Below, piece after piece: positions 10,600-19,554 of a stretch of DNA of 53,789 nt. The DNA comes from Verrucomicrobiota bacterium (GTDB lineage: Bacteria > Verrucomicrobiota > Verrucomicrobiia > Opitutales > UBA953): assembly GCA_041156945.1 (NCBI GenBank), contig JBEBDN010000146.1, positions 1 through 53,789 on the forward strand, in the 5' to 3' direction. Below the pieces are notes generated by a model. The model saw nothing but the letters and a program-made list of their open reading frames with translations. It was not told the DNA's origin and did no database searches. Within the stretch, counting starts at the first letter, position 1; each line of letters starts with the position of its first letter. Position numbers and translations under genes: made by a program.

Positions 10600-11136
10600 T
10601 CATGCCTCAAAAGCCACCTCGACCTGACAGGCGGACAGCCTTGTCAGGAGCCTCCCGTGGGCCTTCAGGGGCCACCAGCGGTAGAGGTGGATGTCGATGG
10701 GCTTCCAGAGGCCGACCCACCCGCAGATGGTCAGGCCTTCGCGGATGAAGTCGGCGAGGCGCGGACCAGGGGTGATCAGGTCCCTCAGCACCAGGGTGGA
10801 GCCCAGGAAGAGTAGGCCGATGAGCAGAGCCATGCGTCCTTCCCGGAAAAGCTCGGCGAGGTCGCGTTGAGCGATCCGTGACCGGTAGCCGAAGTAGTGC
10901 TGGACGGACTCCCGGACCAATCGGGCCGCCTCGGGGTCCTCAGGCTGGCGGAGGACGACCTTGATCCGCAGTTCGGAATCCTTCTCGTGCTCCCGCGCCC
11001 AGCTGAGGATGAACTCCTCGGCGTCATGGTCCAGGTCGCGCTCATGGAAGGGCGACGGGTCCATGGTGTTGAAGAGCTGGCTCACGTGATTGAGCCGGAG
11101 CTCGATCAGGCCGGTGGTCCGCGGGGCGGTCGTCAT
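10600..11136 (-). CDS. Uncharacterised small membrane protein (cytosolic N-domain + 2 predicted TM helices)
   Basis: 178 aa. Its start overlaps the stop of the upstream S9 peptidase gene (ATGA at 11133..11136). Conserved-looking block NTMDPSPFHERDLDHDAEEF. Hydrophobic segments MALLIGLLFLGSTLVL and GLTICGWVGLW. Confidence 0.7.
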   Translation of the reverse strand: MTTAPRTTGLIELRLNHVSQLFNTMDPSPFHERDLDHDAEEFILSWAREHEKDSELRIKVVLRQPEDPEAARLVRESVQHYFGYRSRIAQRDLAELFREGRMALLIGLLFLGSTLVLRDLITPGPRLADFIREGLTICGWVGLWKPIDIHLYRWWPLKAHGRLLTRLSACQVEVAFEA

Positions 11137-13322
11137 AAGGGCAGGGGTTGTCCGAGGGCCGACTGGAAGAAGCGCGCCCGTTTCACCCGCATGTCGTTGG
11201 ATTCGCCGGCGCCGTGGTTGGCGCCGGGCACGACATGGAACTCGAATTGGTCTCTCTTGCCGGCGGCGATGAGGGCGTCGCGGAAGTCATAACTGCACTT
11301 CACGTCGACGTTCGTGTCGGACTCGCCGACGGAAAGGAAAAGGCGTCCGCTGAGGTTGGCGGCATACTTGGCGCAGGAATTCTCCTCGTACCAAGGGCCG
11401 ACCGGGTAGCCGAGCCACTGTTCGTTCCACCAGAGCTTATCGACGCGATTGTCGTAGCACCCGCAGTCCGCCGCGCCGGCCTTGTAGAAGCCGCCATGCA
11501 GAAGCAAGGCATGCGCCGTGTTCTGGCCGCCGGCGGATCCCCCGAAGATGCCCACGCGTGAGAGGTCCATGTTCGGCTCGGTCTTGGCCAAGGCCTGCAT
11601 CCAGGCGATACGGTCAGGGAAGCCGCCGTCCTTGAGGTTGCGCCAGCTCTGCTGGTGGAACTCCTTGCCTCGATGGTTGGTCCCCCGGCCGTCGAGCTGC
11701 ACGACATAGAAGCCCAGCATCGAAAGCTCGCGATGGTTGCGGTGCCACCAGTTGAAGGTGCGGGGCGCGAACGAACCGTGAGGTCCGGCATAGATGTTCT
11801 CGATGACGGGATACTTCTTCTTGGGATCGAAGGGGTAGGGACGGGTGACCACGCCCCAGATGTCGAACTTACCCTCGCGATCCTTGGCGACGAACGGGCG
11901 GGCCGGCTGCCAGCCGGCTTTTCGGAGGTCGGACACGTCGCTTACTCCGAGGGTCGCCAGGATCTTACCGTCCTTGGCGCTACGCAGGAAGAAGGCATGA
12001 GGGACGTCGACCCGAGAAGCGGTGTCGATGAACGTACGACGATCCGGAGAAAAACTGACGTCATGATAGGCGTCATCCGGCGTGAGGTCGACGAGGCCTT
12101 TTCCGTCTAAGCCCACCTTGCAGAGATGCGTGTGATAAGGGTTCTCGCCGGCGACCCTGCCGACGGCTTGGAAATAGATCTCTTTCGCTTCGGCGTCGAG
12201 GTGCGTGACCTGTTTCACGACCCATTCGCCCGAGGTGAGCGGGCGGAGGGTCTGACCTGTCCTTAGGTCGACGGCATAAAGATGGTTCCAGCCGGAGCGC
12301 TCCGAAGCCCAGAGGGTCAGGTCATCTGAAAGATCGTGCCGGTAGCGCGCATTGAAGGTGTAGACGAACTTGGGGTCCTCCTCGGCGAGGACTTTACGCC
12401 AGGCACCCTTTTCGACGTCGTATGCGACGATGCCATGTCCGGTGAAACCTCGACGGATATACTCGGTCCGTAGCACCTTGGAGTCAGCGGACCAATCCAG
12501 GCGGTCCGTCGCGTAAGCCTGGGGGAGGACATTCAGCGGACAGCCGCTGGCTCCTTTGCCGTCAGCCTGAAATACCCACGGAGTTCGAGTCGTCCGCGGG
12601 TCACCAGGCTTGTCATAAGGGATCTCACGGCTCGTGCCTTTGACAGAATCGACGACGTTATAGAGACGGGTGGTTTCCTTGATTTCTCTCCAGACCGCGA
12701 AATGTCGGCCATCCGGAGACCAGCTGATCGGACCGACGAATGTTTCGCGTCCGCTTGGCGCCCAGCTCGGCGTATGGCCTGCCGCCGTAGTCAGGTAAAC
12801 GCCGCCTTCCCGTAATTCGACGCGTGTGCGACTGTCCGGAGAGACCGAGCCCTCCTTGCCGGCGTTCAACGTTCGGCTGCCGGAGTTGAGCCTGCCGGGT
12901 GGTCGGGCTGCGGAAGGTCCTGCGGCGATGACGATCTTGCCATCGGTACCGAGGAACCAGCTCTCCTTGTCGCTTTCGAGCCGGAGTCGTCCGTCATCCA
13001 TCGGGATGACACGGGTGAAAGGCCACTTCTTGGCGGTGACTTTCCTGCCGTCGAACGAGGCGAAGGCGGCGCTCAGCTTGGCCGGATCGAAGGCCGGGCG
13101 TGTCTTGCCGGTCCCGCAGTCGACGAGTCTCCAGGAAATTTCCGCCGGATCCGTCCACGCATACGCGAGGGTGTTTCCGTCGCGAGACCATTGAGGCGCG
13201 TCCACCTTGGTGCGTGGTGAGCGCCAATACCAAGTGTCATACTGCTTCTGCCATTCGGCGATGAGGTCTCCTTGCGCGAGGATCGCCAGCGGTGATAGCA
13301 GCAGGAAGAGTCTCAGCAGCAT
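11133..13322 (-). CDS. Secreted S9 family serine peptidase (DPP-IV-like beta-propeller + prolyl oligopeptidase alpha/beta hydrolase domain)
   Basis: 729 aa. Signal peptide MLLRLFLLLSPLAILAQ. Nucleophile elbow GIFGGSAGGQ. Downstream acidic (SVGESDTNVD) and His (PGANHGAG) blocks. Confidence 0.9.
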   Translation of the reverse strand: MLLRLFLLLSPLAILAQGDLIAEWQKQYDTWYWRSPRTKVDAPQWSRDGNTLAYAWTDPAEISWRLVDCGTGKTRPAFDPAKLSAAFASFDGRKVTAKKWPFTRVIPMDDGRLRLESDKESWFLGTDGKIVIAAGPSAARPPGRLNSGSRTLNAGKEGSVSPDSRTRVELREGGVYLTTAAGHTPSWAPSGRETFVGPISWSPDGRHFAVWREIKETTRLYNVVDSVKGTSREIPYDKPGDPRTTRTPWVFQADGKGASGCPLNVLPQAYATDRLDWSADSKVLRTEYIRRGFTGHGIVAYDVEKGAWRKVLAEEDPKFVYTFNARYRHDLSDDLTLWASERSGWNHLYAVDLRTGQTLRPLTSGEWVVKQVTHLDAEAKEIYFQAVGRVAGENPYHTHLCKVGLDGKGLVDLTPDDAYHDVSFSPDRRTFIDTASRVDVPHAFFLRSAKDGKILATLGVSDVSDLRKAGWQPARPFVAKDREGKFDIWGVVTRPYPFDPKKKYPVIENIYAGPHGSFAPRTFNWWHRNHRELSMLGFYVVQLDGRGTNHRGKEFHQQSWRNLKDGGFPDRIAWMQALAKTEPNMDLSRVGIFGGSAGGQNTAHALLLHGGFYKAGAADCGCYDNRVDKLWWNEQWLGYPVGPWYEENSCAKYAANLSGRLFLSVGESDTNVDVKCSYDFRDALIAAGKRDQFEFHVVPGANHGAGESNDMRVKRARFFQSALGQPLPL

Positions 13323-13369
13323 GCCCCTTATCCAATGCCCTGAGACCCTGGACTCAACCCTGCATCCGC

Positions 13370-16300
13370 TTATTTGGCCTTAGCGGCGCTCTTGGACTTG
13401 CTGGCCTTGGGCTTGAGGGTCGTCAGATAGGCGACCACGTCGCGGATTTCCGCCGGTGTCAGGATGCCGAGCATCGGAGGCATGACGGAGATGGGCGGGG
13501 TGCGCTGGGCGACTTCCGTCACGTTCAGGCTGCGCGTCTTTCCGTCAGGCAGCCTCACGTCGATGGCCTTCGGGGTCTCCTTGAGGACGCTTCCGGCCAC
13601 GGTCTCTCCGGATTTCAACTGGATCGTCTCCATGCCGAAGCCGACGACGATCTTGGCGGAGGGTTCGACAAGGGACTGGGCGAGTTCCAGTTTGGTGCGC
13701 TGTGAGCCGACCAGGCGAAGGCTAGGTCCGACTTCGCTGCCTTCGTTCGAGTCGACACGATGGCAGGCGACGCAGTTGGCGCCCAGGTGGCCATTGATCA
13801 GCGCGCGCCCCGCTACGGGGTCGCCGCCGTCGGTAAGAAGTTCGTAAGGCAGCTCCGGGCCGGCCATGGCTCCCGACGTCTTGGCTGCGGACTCCAGATA
13901 GCGCCGCACCAAGGCGACGACGGGTGCGGAGGAGGATTCCTTGGCCAGGGTCAGGACGTCTAGCTTCAGTCCGTTGTCCAGCTTGCGGGCCACGAGGCGC
14001 TCCGCGAGTTCCTGGATGATCTTTGCCGAAGCGGCGTCATCGCGTCCGCGGAGCGCGGCGACGACGGCCTGCTTTTCGGCGATCTTGGCGGACTTCGAGG
14101 CGATGATCTCGCGGGCTACCTGCAAGGCGGAGTCGCCATCCTTTAGGAATAGCTGGCGAAGCGCTTCGATCCTGACTTCCGACGGATTTCCTTCGCCGGC
14201 TGCACGGCGAAGGATGCCGACGAGGGTGGGGGCGTCGAGGTTCTGCCGGCCGAGAAGACGTAGCGTCTGAAGACGGACAGCCGGCGAAGCCTTGAGGTCA
14301 CCTGCCAGCGCAAGCAGTTCCGAAGAGGGCAGGTCCAATTCGTAATCGACCATGAGTTCCAGCACCTTGGGACGATCAGAGGCATCGGTGATGGCGAGCA
14401 GGTCGGCCTGGCGGGCACGTAGGGAGCCGGCGAGCGGACCACGCTCGCGGGCAGGATGGGGACGGGCAACTCCATCGACGAGGTCGAGGCGGGGAGGCTG
14501 GGCGAACACCTGCAATGCTTTCCACGCTTCCGAGCGAAGCGGCGCGCCCGCGGGCTGCAGGAGGGTCCATTCCAGGACGCGCTGGAAGTCTTCCTTCTTA
14601 CCGGAGCGCAGGCACGCGTTGAGGGCGCGACGTGCGGCGTGATAAGGCATGTCGGATCGTCCGAAGGACTCAGACAGACCGTTGAGGGCCGTCGGGATGC
14701 CGACGTCATCATGGATCGCGCGGGCTGCCTCGACGACGACCTCTGCGTTGGCATGTCCGAGCAGCTGCGAGAGCAGGGGGGAACGCTGGCGCGCCAGGGC
14801 GAGCGTGGCGAAGACGGCTTCGGCTCCCTGATTCGACTGGGCGACCTTGAGGAGTCCGTCCGCGGATTGGGTGCCGGCTAGGCCCGACACCAGTCCATGT
14901 CGCAACCAGGGTAGGCGGAGTTCGGTCGCGGCGTCGCGTACGAAGGCATTGAACGGCACGTTGCCGCCGAGCTTGCCGAGCGTGACGCCAGCCTGAGTGC
15001 GGAGTCGGAGGTCGGATTGAGCGAGCTGAGCAGAAACTTTGGCGATGAGTTCCGGAGTGGCCTTCGCTTCGCTGAGCACCTTGAGGGCTTGGACGCGGAT
15101 CTCAGAGTCGGCATCGTCCAGGAGCGCAAGTGCGGGAGAGAAGTCGGTGATATTGCCAAGACGCAGTCCCATGCCGAAGCCCCAGATCGCGTGGATGCGG
15201 GCGAAACGTGGCGCGTTCACGTCCTTGGCCAAGGAGAGCATCTCGGACCAGGCACCCTGACGATGCAGGCGGATGGAGGCGTTGACGCGTACGCGCTGGT
15301 CGCGATGGCCTAGCAGGCGCAGGCATTCGTCCTTCGGTACCGGGACGGAGAATGACTTGGAAAGGAATTCCTCGGACGACTTGTCGACCGTCGCGGCGAC
15401 GTCGAGGCGCCAGACCGCGCCTTTGCCGTCGAGCGGGTATCCGCCGATCCAGTCTGCGTAATAGGCGCGTCCATCGATGCCCCAGGCCATGCCGATGCCC
15501 ATGATGCCGGAGCTGATGGTGCGAAGGTTCGTCTGACGGAAGCCGTCCAGATGCGGCTCCAGGGTGAAGGCGTCCATCTTGCCCTTCGGGAACTGGTTCA
15601 GCAGGAAGCTGCCACGCAGATCCCCGTCCAAGGCATGTCCGGGCTCGCGCAGGAAGCCGGCCGGGCCGTCGGAGTAGTTGGCGATCGGGGGAGTGATGCT
15701 GAGGGGCTGGTCGGGGGCGCCGTGAGGCTGCCACATGTTCTCCTTCACCCAACGGCTGTCCGTATACTGATATTGATGCTGGTTGCGCCAGCCGGAGTCC
15801 GAGCCTTCGACCAGATACATCAGGCGTTCGCGCTCCTTGGGCTGGTCTCCGTCGTTATCGACGCCGATGACGTTGCCGAAATCATCGAAGGCGATCTCCT
15901 GGGTGTTGCGGATGCCGTGGGCGAAGACTTCGAAGCGGCTGCCATCGGGTTCGCATCGCAGCACGCAGCCCTCATGGGGATAGGCGAAGCGGCGTCCTTC
16001 CTTGCTGAGCACGTTGGCGCCTTTGTCGCCGACCGTCCAATAGATGCGCCCGTCCGGCCCTAGGCGGAGGCCATGCATGTCGTGCCCGGCATAGGCGATG
16101 TGACCGCCGAAGCCCGTGGCCACGATTTCCTTCACGTCGGCGACTCCGTCTCCGTCGGTATCCTTCAGGCGCCAGACGTCGGGGATGGCGGTGACGTAGA
16201 CCCATCCGTCGAAGTAAAGCACGCCGGCCGCGATGCCCGATACCGGCGAGTCGAAGCCTTCCGCGAAGACCGTGATCTTGTCGGCCACGCCGTCTCGGTC

Positions 16301-16681
16301 GGTGTCGGAGAGCTTGTAGATGCGCTCCTTGAAGTAAGCCAGGTCCTTCCAGTCGATGCTGCCGTCCTTGTTGTGATCCTTCAGGCCGCCGCGGGCTCCC
16401 TTCATCTTTCCCGGGGCAAGCTCTCGCTGATAGAAAGCGAGCTTCTCCTCCGGCGTGGTGAGGCCGACGTCGTCGGGGACCCAGGCCTTGTGCTCGCGGA
16501 TATCCAGGTCTGAGACCTTGCGACGGGTGGTGGAGGCGACATAGACGTTTCCAGACTCGTCGACCGAGCAGGCCGTCGGATCGGGCACGTTAAGCTCTCC
16601 TGACCAGCGGAACGGCTTCGGCTCTTCGCCCATCAGGACAAGAGCCGCCAAGAGGAGGGCGGCCTGGGGGAGCAGTCTCAT
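13370..16681 (-). CDS. PVC-type giant: membrane-bound-dehydrogenase-like beta-propeller N-domain + HEAT-like repeats + C-terminal c-type heme domain
   Basis: 1103 aa with a signal peptide. CVACH heme motif encoded at 13760..13774 (minus strand). Long helical-repeat middle. This architecture is typical of Pirellula/Verrucomicrobium-type heme-binding proteins. Confidence 0.85.
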   Translation of the reverse strand: MRLLPQAALLLAALVLMGEEPKPFRWSGELNVPDPTACSVDESGNVYVASTTRRKVSDLDIREHKAWVPDDVGLTTPEEKLAFYQRELAPGKMKGARGGLKDHNKDGSIDWKDLAYFKERIYKLSDTDRDGVADKITVFAEGFDSPVSGIAAGVLYFDGWVYVTAIPDVWRLKDTDGDGVADVKEIVATGFGGHIAYAGHDMHGLRLGPDGRIYWTVGDKGANVLSKEGRRFAYPHEGCVLRCEPDGSRFEVFAHGIRNTQEIAFDDFGNVIGVDNDGDQPKERERLMYLVEGSDSGWRNQHQYQYTDSRWVKENMWQPHGAPDQPLSITPPIANYSDGPAGFLREPGHALDGDLRGSFLLNQFPKGKMDAFTLEPHLDGFRQTNLRTISSGIMGIGMAWGIDGRAYYADWIGGYPLDGKGAVWRLDVAATVDKSSEEFLSKSFSVPVPKDECLRLLGHRDQRVRVNASIRLHRQGAWSEMLSLAKDVNAPRFARIHAIWGFGMGLRLGNITDFSPALALLDDADSEIRVQALKVLSEAKATPELIAKVSAQLAQSDLRLRTQAGVTLGKLGGNVPFNAFVRDAATELRLPWLRHGLVSGLAGTQSADGLLKVAQSNQGAEAVFATLALARQRSPLLSQLLGHANAEVVVEAARAIHDDVGIPTALNGLSESFGRSDMPYHAARRALNACLRSGKKEDFQRVLEWTLLQPAGAPLRSEAWKALQVFAQPPRLDLVDGVARPHPARERGPLAGSLRARQADLLAITDASDRPKVLELMVDYELDLPSSELLALAGDLKASPAVRLQTLRLLGRQNLDAPTLVGILRRAAGEGNPSEVRIEALRQLFLKDGDSALQVAREIIASKSAKIAEKQAVVAALRGRDDAASAKIIQELAERLVARKLDNGLKLDVLTLAKESSSAPVVALVRRYLESAAKTSGAMAGPELPYELLTDGGDPVAGRALINGHLGANCVACHRVDSNEGSEVGPSLRLVGSQRTKLELAQSLVEPSAKIVVGFGMETIQLKSGETVAGSVLKETPKAIDVRLPDGKTRSLNVTEVAQRTPPISVMPPMLGILTPAEIRDVVAYLTTLKPKASKSKSAAKAK

Positions 16682-16710
16682 GGTTGAGATTGTATGGGAT
16701 TTCCGGGGTA

Positions 16711-16750
16711 TTGGAAAACAGTCCTTTCCAGCATGTCGGGCTGGAAAAAA
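16711..16750 (-). promoter_or_regulatory. Three-part inverted repeat giving two mutually exclusive hairpins between lutC and the PVC heme-protein gene
   Basis: On the + strand, TGGAAA (16712..16717) pairs with TTTCCA (16725..16730). TTTCCAGC (16725..16732) pairs with GCTGGAAA (16740..16747). The middle arm is shared by both hairpins. Confidence 0.3.
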
Positions 16751-16766
16751 CGAAATGAGCCGAGGG

Positions 16767-17447
16767 TCAGCCGACCAGCACGAGGTAGAGTTCCTTCGGG
16801 CCGTGGGCGCCGAGGACCAGGATGCGCTCGATGTCGCCCGTGCGGCTGGGGCCGGTGATGAAGGAAAGCATGCTGGGCATGTCCTTGCCGTGACGGGCCT
16901 GGACGAGCGCCAAGGACGAACCCAGGTCGGGCACGACTTGGCACGTTTCGGCGACGACCACGTGGACGTGGGGGAGGATCGAAAGGGCGCGGCCGCCGGA
17001 ACTCGCGCTGGAAACCAGGATGGCGCCGAGCTGGGCGACGATCGCCTCGCAGGTGGTCAGGCCGGCGTCGCAGCCTTCGAGCTTCTGCTTGTCGAAGGAG
17101 GCATCCGCCTCCCAGGTCTCGCAGGTCAGAGCCGAGGCGATGGGGCGCGTCAGCGGGTGCCCGTGATAGGCGACCTTCTTCCATCCTTTGGATGACGAAA
17201 GGTCGGCGACCGCCTTGGCGGCGGCGGCATGATCCGGTACGCGGATCAGGACGGCCTTCAGCTTGGCCAGCTGTTCGGCCAGGATGGTCAGGCTCGCGTC
17301 GGCGGTCTCGCCGCCTTCCGGCAGCCAGGGTTTGGCGACGGCCGAAGTCTTGCCCGGAGCCGGTTCACCTTTGAGGTGAGGCTTGGGGGCCTTGACTTTG
17401 AGCGCCTCGCGGATGCGGGCGAAGATATCGGAGCGGGCGTCAGACAT
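16767..17447 (-). CDS. lutC: Lactate utilisation protein C (LUD domain)
   Basis: 226 aa. LutC/YkgG-like. Overlaps the lutB 3' end by 8 nt. Third gene of a lutABC-ordered trio. Confidence 0.85.
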   Translation of the reverse strand: MSDARSDIFARIREALKVKAPKPHLKGEPAPGKTSAVAKPWLPEGGETADASLTILAEQLAKLKAVLIRVPDHAAAAKAVADLSSSKGWKKVAYHGHPLTRPIASALTCETWEADASFDKQKLEGCDAGLTTCEAIVAQLGAILVSSASSGGRALSILPHVHVVVAETCQVVPDLGSSLALVQARHGKDMPSMLSFITGPSRTGDIERILVLGAHGPKELYLVLVG

Positions 17448-18828
17448 GGTCGTTCTTCCACTGGTCGCGGAAGGAGCTGGCAGGGGCCTTGGGGAGGTCG
17501 CGCGTCTTCATCCATGCGCCCATGTAAGGAATCGGCAGTTTCTGCAGCAGCGGCAGGGTGGCGCGGAAGATCCTGCCGCCCGTGGCGAACAACCAAGGGC
17601 GCTTGATCACGAAGTTGAAGCCGTGATGGAAGACGCGGTCGAACAGCGTCGGCGATTCCTTGGCGGCGTTGCGACGGTTGTGCAGCAGGTGATGGTGCAG
17701 GTCGATGCGGACAGGGCAGGCGTCCGTGCAGGCCCCGCAGAGCGAGGAGGCGCCGGAGAGGTGATTCCACTGCTTGAGTCCGCGCAGGTGAGGCGTGATG
17801 ACCGAGCCGATCGGACCCTGGTAGGTGGTCCCGTAGGCCAGGCCGCCGATGTTCTTGAAGATCGGGCAGACGTTCAGGCAGGCGCCACAACGGATGCAAT
17901 GGAGGGCGTCGCGCTGCTCGGGGTCGGCCAGCAGGCGGGTGCGGGCGTTGTCCAGCAGGACGAGGTGGAACTGCTCAGGACCGTCGCACTCGCCCTTCTT
18001 CCGCGGACCGGAATAGAGCGTGTTGTAGCAGGTCATCGGCTGGCCCGCGCCGGCGGTGGCCAACATCGGGAGCAGCACGGACAGGTCGTCGAGGTGATTG
18101 ATCACCTTCTCGATGCCGGAGAGCGCGATATGGATGCGAGGCAGGGCGGCGGTGAGGCGCGCGTTGCCTTCGTTCTCGGTGATCGAGATCTGACCGGTCT
18201 CGGCCACGAGGAAGTTCGCGCCCGTGATGCCGATGTCGGCGTCGACGTAGAGCTGACGGAGGTGACGGCGGGCGATCATCGTCAGCTCCTCAGGGCTGTC
18301 GGTCGGCGCCGTGCCCAGGTGCTTGGTGAAGAGCTCGCTGATGGCCTCGCGCTTCACGTGCATGCACGGGAAGACGAAGTGATAGGGGGCTTCGCCGCGG
18401 AGCTGCTGGATGAACTCGCCGAGGTCGCTTTCGACCACGCCGTAACCGGCTTTCTCGAGGGCGTCGTTCAGGTGGATCTCCTCGGAAGTCATGCACTTCG
18501 ACTTCACGATGGCCTTGGCTTTGTTGTCCTCGGCGATCTTCAGGATGATGGCGCGGGCTTCGGCCGCGTCGCGGGCCCAGTGGACGACGCCGCCGTTGCG
18601 TTCGAAATTGGCCGTGAACTTCTCGAGGACGTTCGCGAGGTCGTTGACCGCCGACCACTTGGCCATGGAGGCCGCATCACGGGCGCGTTCCCAATCCCGG
18701 TAACGGGCCTTCTGGAGGTCGCGGTTGGTGTAATAGCCTCCGAGCGCTTTGCGGATGAAGGCGCGCTGGTCCCCGTCCGCGGCGTTGACCGTGGCGTCCT
18801 TGAGGAAGATGGCTTTGGAGTCGGACAT
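17440..18828 (-). CDS. lutB: Lactate utilisation iron-sulfur protein B
   Basis: 462 aa. Two ferredoxin-type cluster motifs, CIRCGACLNVCP and CGACTDACP. LUD-type N-terminal domain. Confidence 0.9.
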   Translation of the reverse strand: MSDSKAIFLKDATVNAADGDQRAFIRKALGGYYTNRDLQKARYRDWERARDAASMAKWSAVNDLANVLEKFTANFERNGGVVHWARDAAEARAIILKIAEDNKAKAIVKSKCMTSEEIHLNDALEKAGYGVVESDLGEFIQQLRGEAPYHFVFPCMHVKREAISELFTKHLGTAPTDSPEELTMIARRHLRQLYVDADIGITGANFLVAETGQISITENEGNARLTAALPRIHIALSGIEKVINHLDDLSVLLPMLATAGAGQPMTCYNTLYSGPRKKGECDGPEQFHLVLLDNARTRLLADPEQRDALHCIRCGACLNVCPIFKNIGGLAYGTTYQGPIGSVITPHLRGLKQWNHLSGASSLCGACTDACPVRIDLHHHLLHNRRNAAKESPTLFDRVFHHGFNFVIKRPWLFATGGRIFRATLPLLQKLPIPYMGAWMKTRDLPKAPASSFRDQWKNDHV

Positions 18829-18830
18829 GT

Positions 18831-19550
18831 TCAGGCGTCGTTGGCCAGGACTTCGGCGATATGCAGCGGAAGGATCGGCTTGCCCTCGCGGGACAGCCAG
18901 CCGCCGATCTGCAGGAGGCAGGAAGGGTCGGAAGAGACAACGTAGTCGGCGCCGGTGCGGGCGAGGGCGCCGCCTTTGACCTGGACCATCGCGGTCGAGA
19001 TCATGGGGAACTTGGCCGAGAACAGGCCGCCGAAACCGCAGCAGGTCTCGCCTTCTTCGGATTCGATGAGTTCGAGCCCCTTGACCGCGCGGAGCAGCTG
19101 GCGGGGTTCCTCCTTGAGACGAAGCTCACGCAGGGCGTGGCAACCGTCATGGTAGGTGACCTTCTTGGCGAACTTCGCGCCGACGTCGGTGACGCCGAGC
19201 TTCTTCACCAGGAACTCCGAGAACTCGAAGGTGCGGGACGCGAGATCGTCCGCTTCGGCCGCATGCGGCGTACCCTTGAGGAGCTCCGGGTAGAACTGGC
19301 GCATCATCGCAACGCAGGAGCCCGAGGGTCCCACGACGACTTCGGCCCCGCGGAAGACGCCGAGCGCGCGGATCGCGGCCTCGCGGGCCACGTCCCACTG
19401 TCCGGAGTTGAACGAAGGCTGGCCGCAGCAGGTCTGCGCGGAGCGGAACTCCACCTCATGACCGAGGCGCTTCAGCACCTTGGCCGTCGCCAGGCCGACC
19501 TGAGGGGTCAGCTGGTCGACGAAGCAAGGGACGAAGAGGGAGATGCGCAC
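18831..19550 (-). CDS. lutA: Lactate utilisation protein A (CCG-domain Fe-S oxidoreductase)
   Basis: 239 aa with a GTG start. Two CCG motifs (QTCCGQP, ETCCGFGG). Begins 4 nt after the upstream gene's stop. Confidence 0.9.
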   Translation of the reverse strand: MRISLFVPCFVDQLTPQVGLATAKVLKRLGHEVEFRSAQTCCGQPSFNSGQWDVAREAAIRALGVFRGAEVVVGPSGSCVAMMRQFYPELLKGTPHAAEADDLASRTFEFSEFLVKKLGVTDVGAKFAKKVTYHDGCHALRELRLKEEPRQLLRAVKGLELIESEEGETCCGFGGLFSAKFPMISTAMVQVKGGALARTGADYVVSSDPSCLLQIGGWLSREGKPILPLHIAEVLANDA

Positions 19551-19554
19551 AGGG

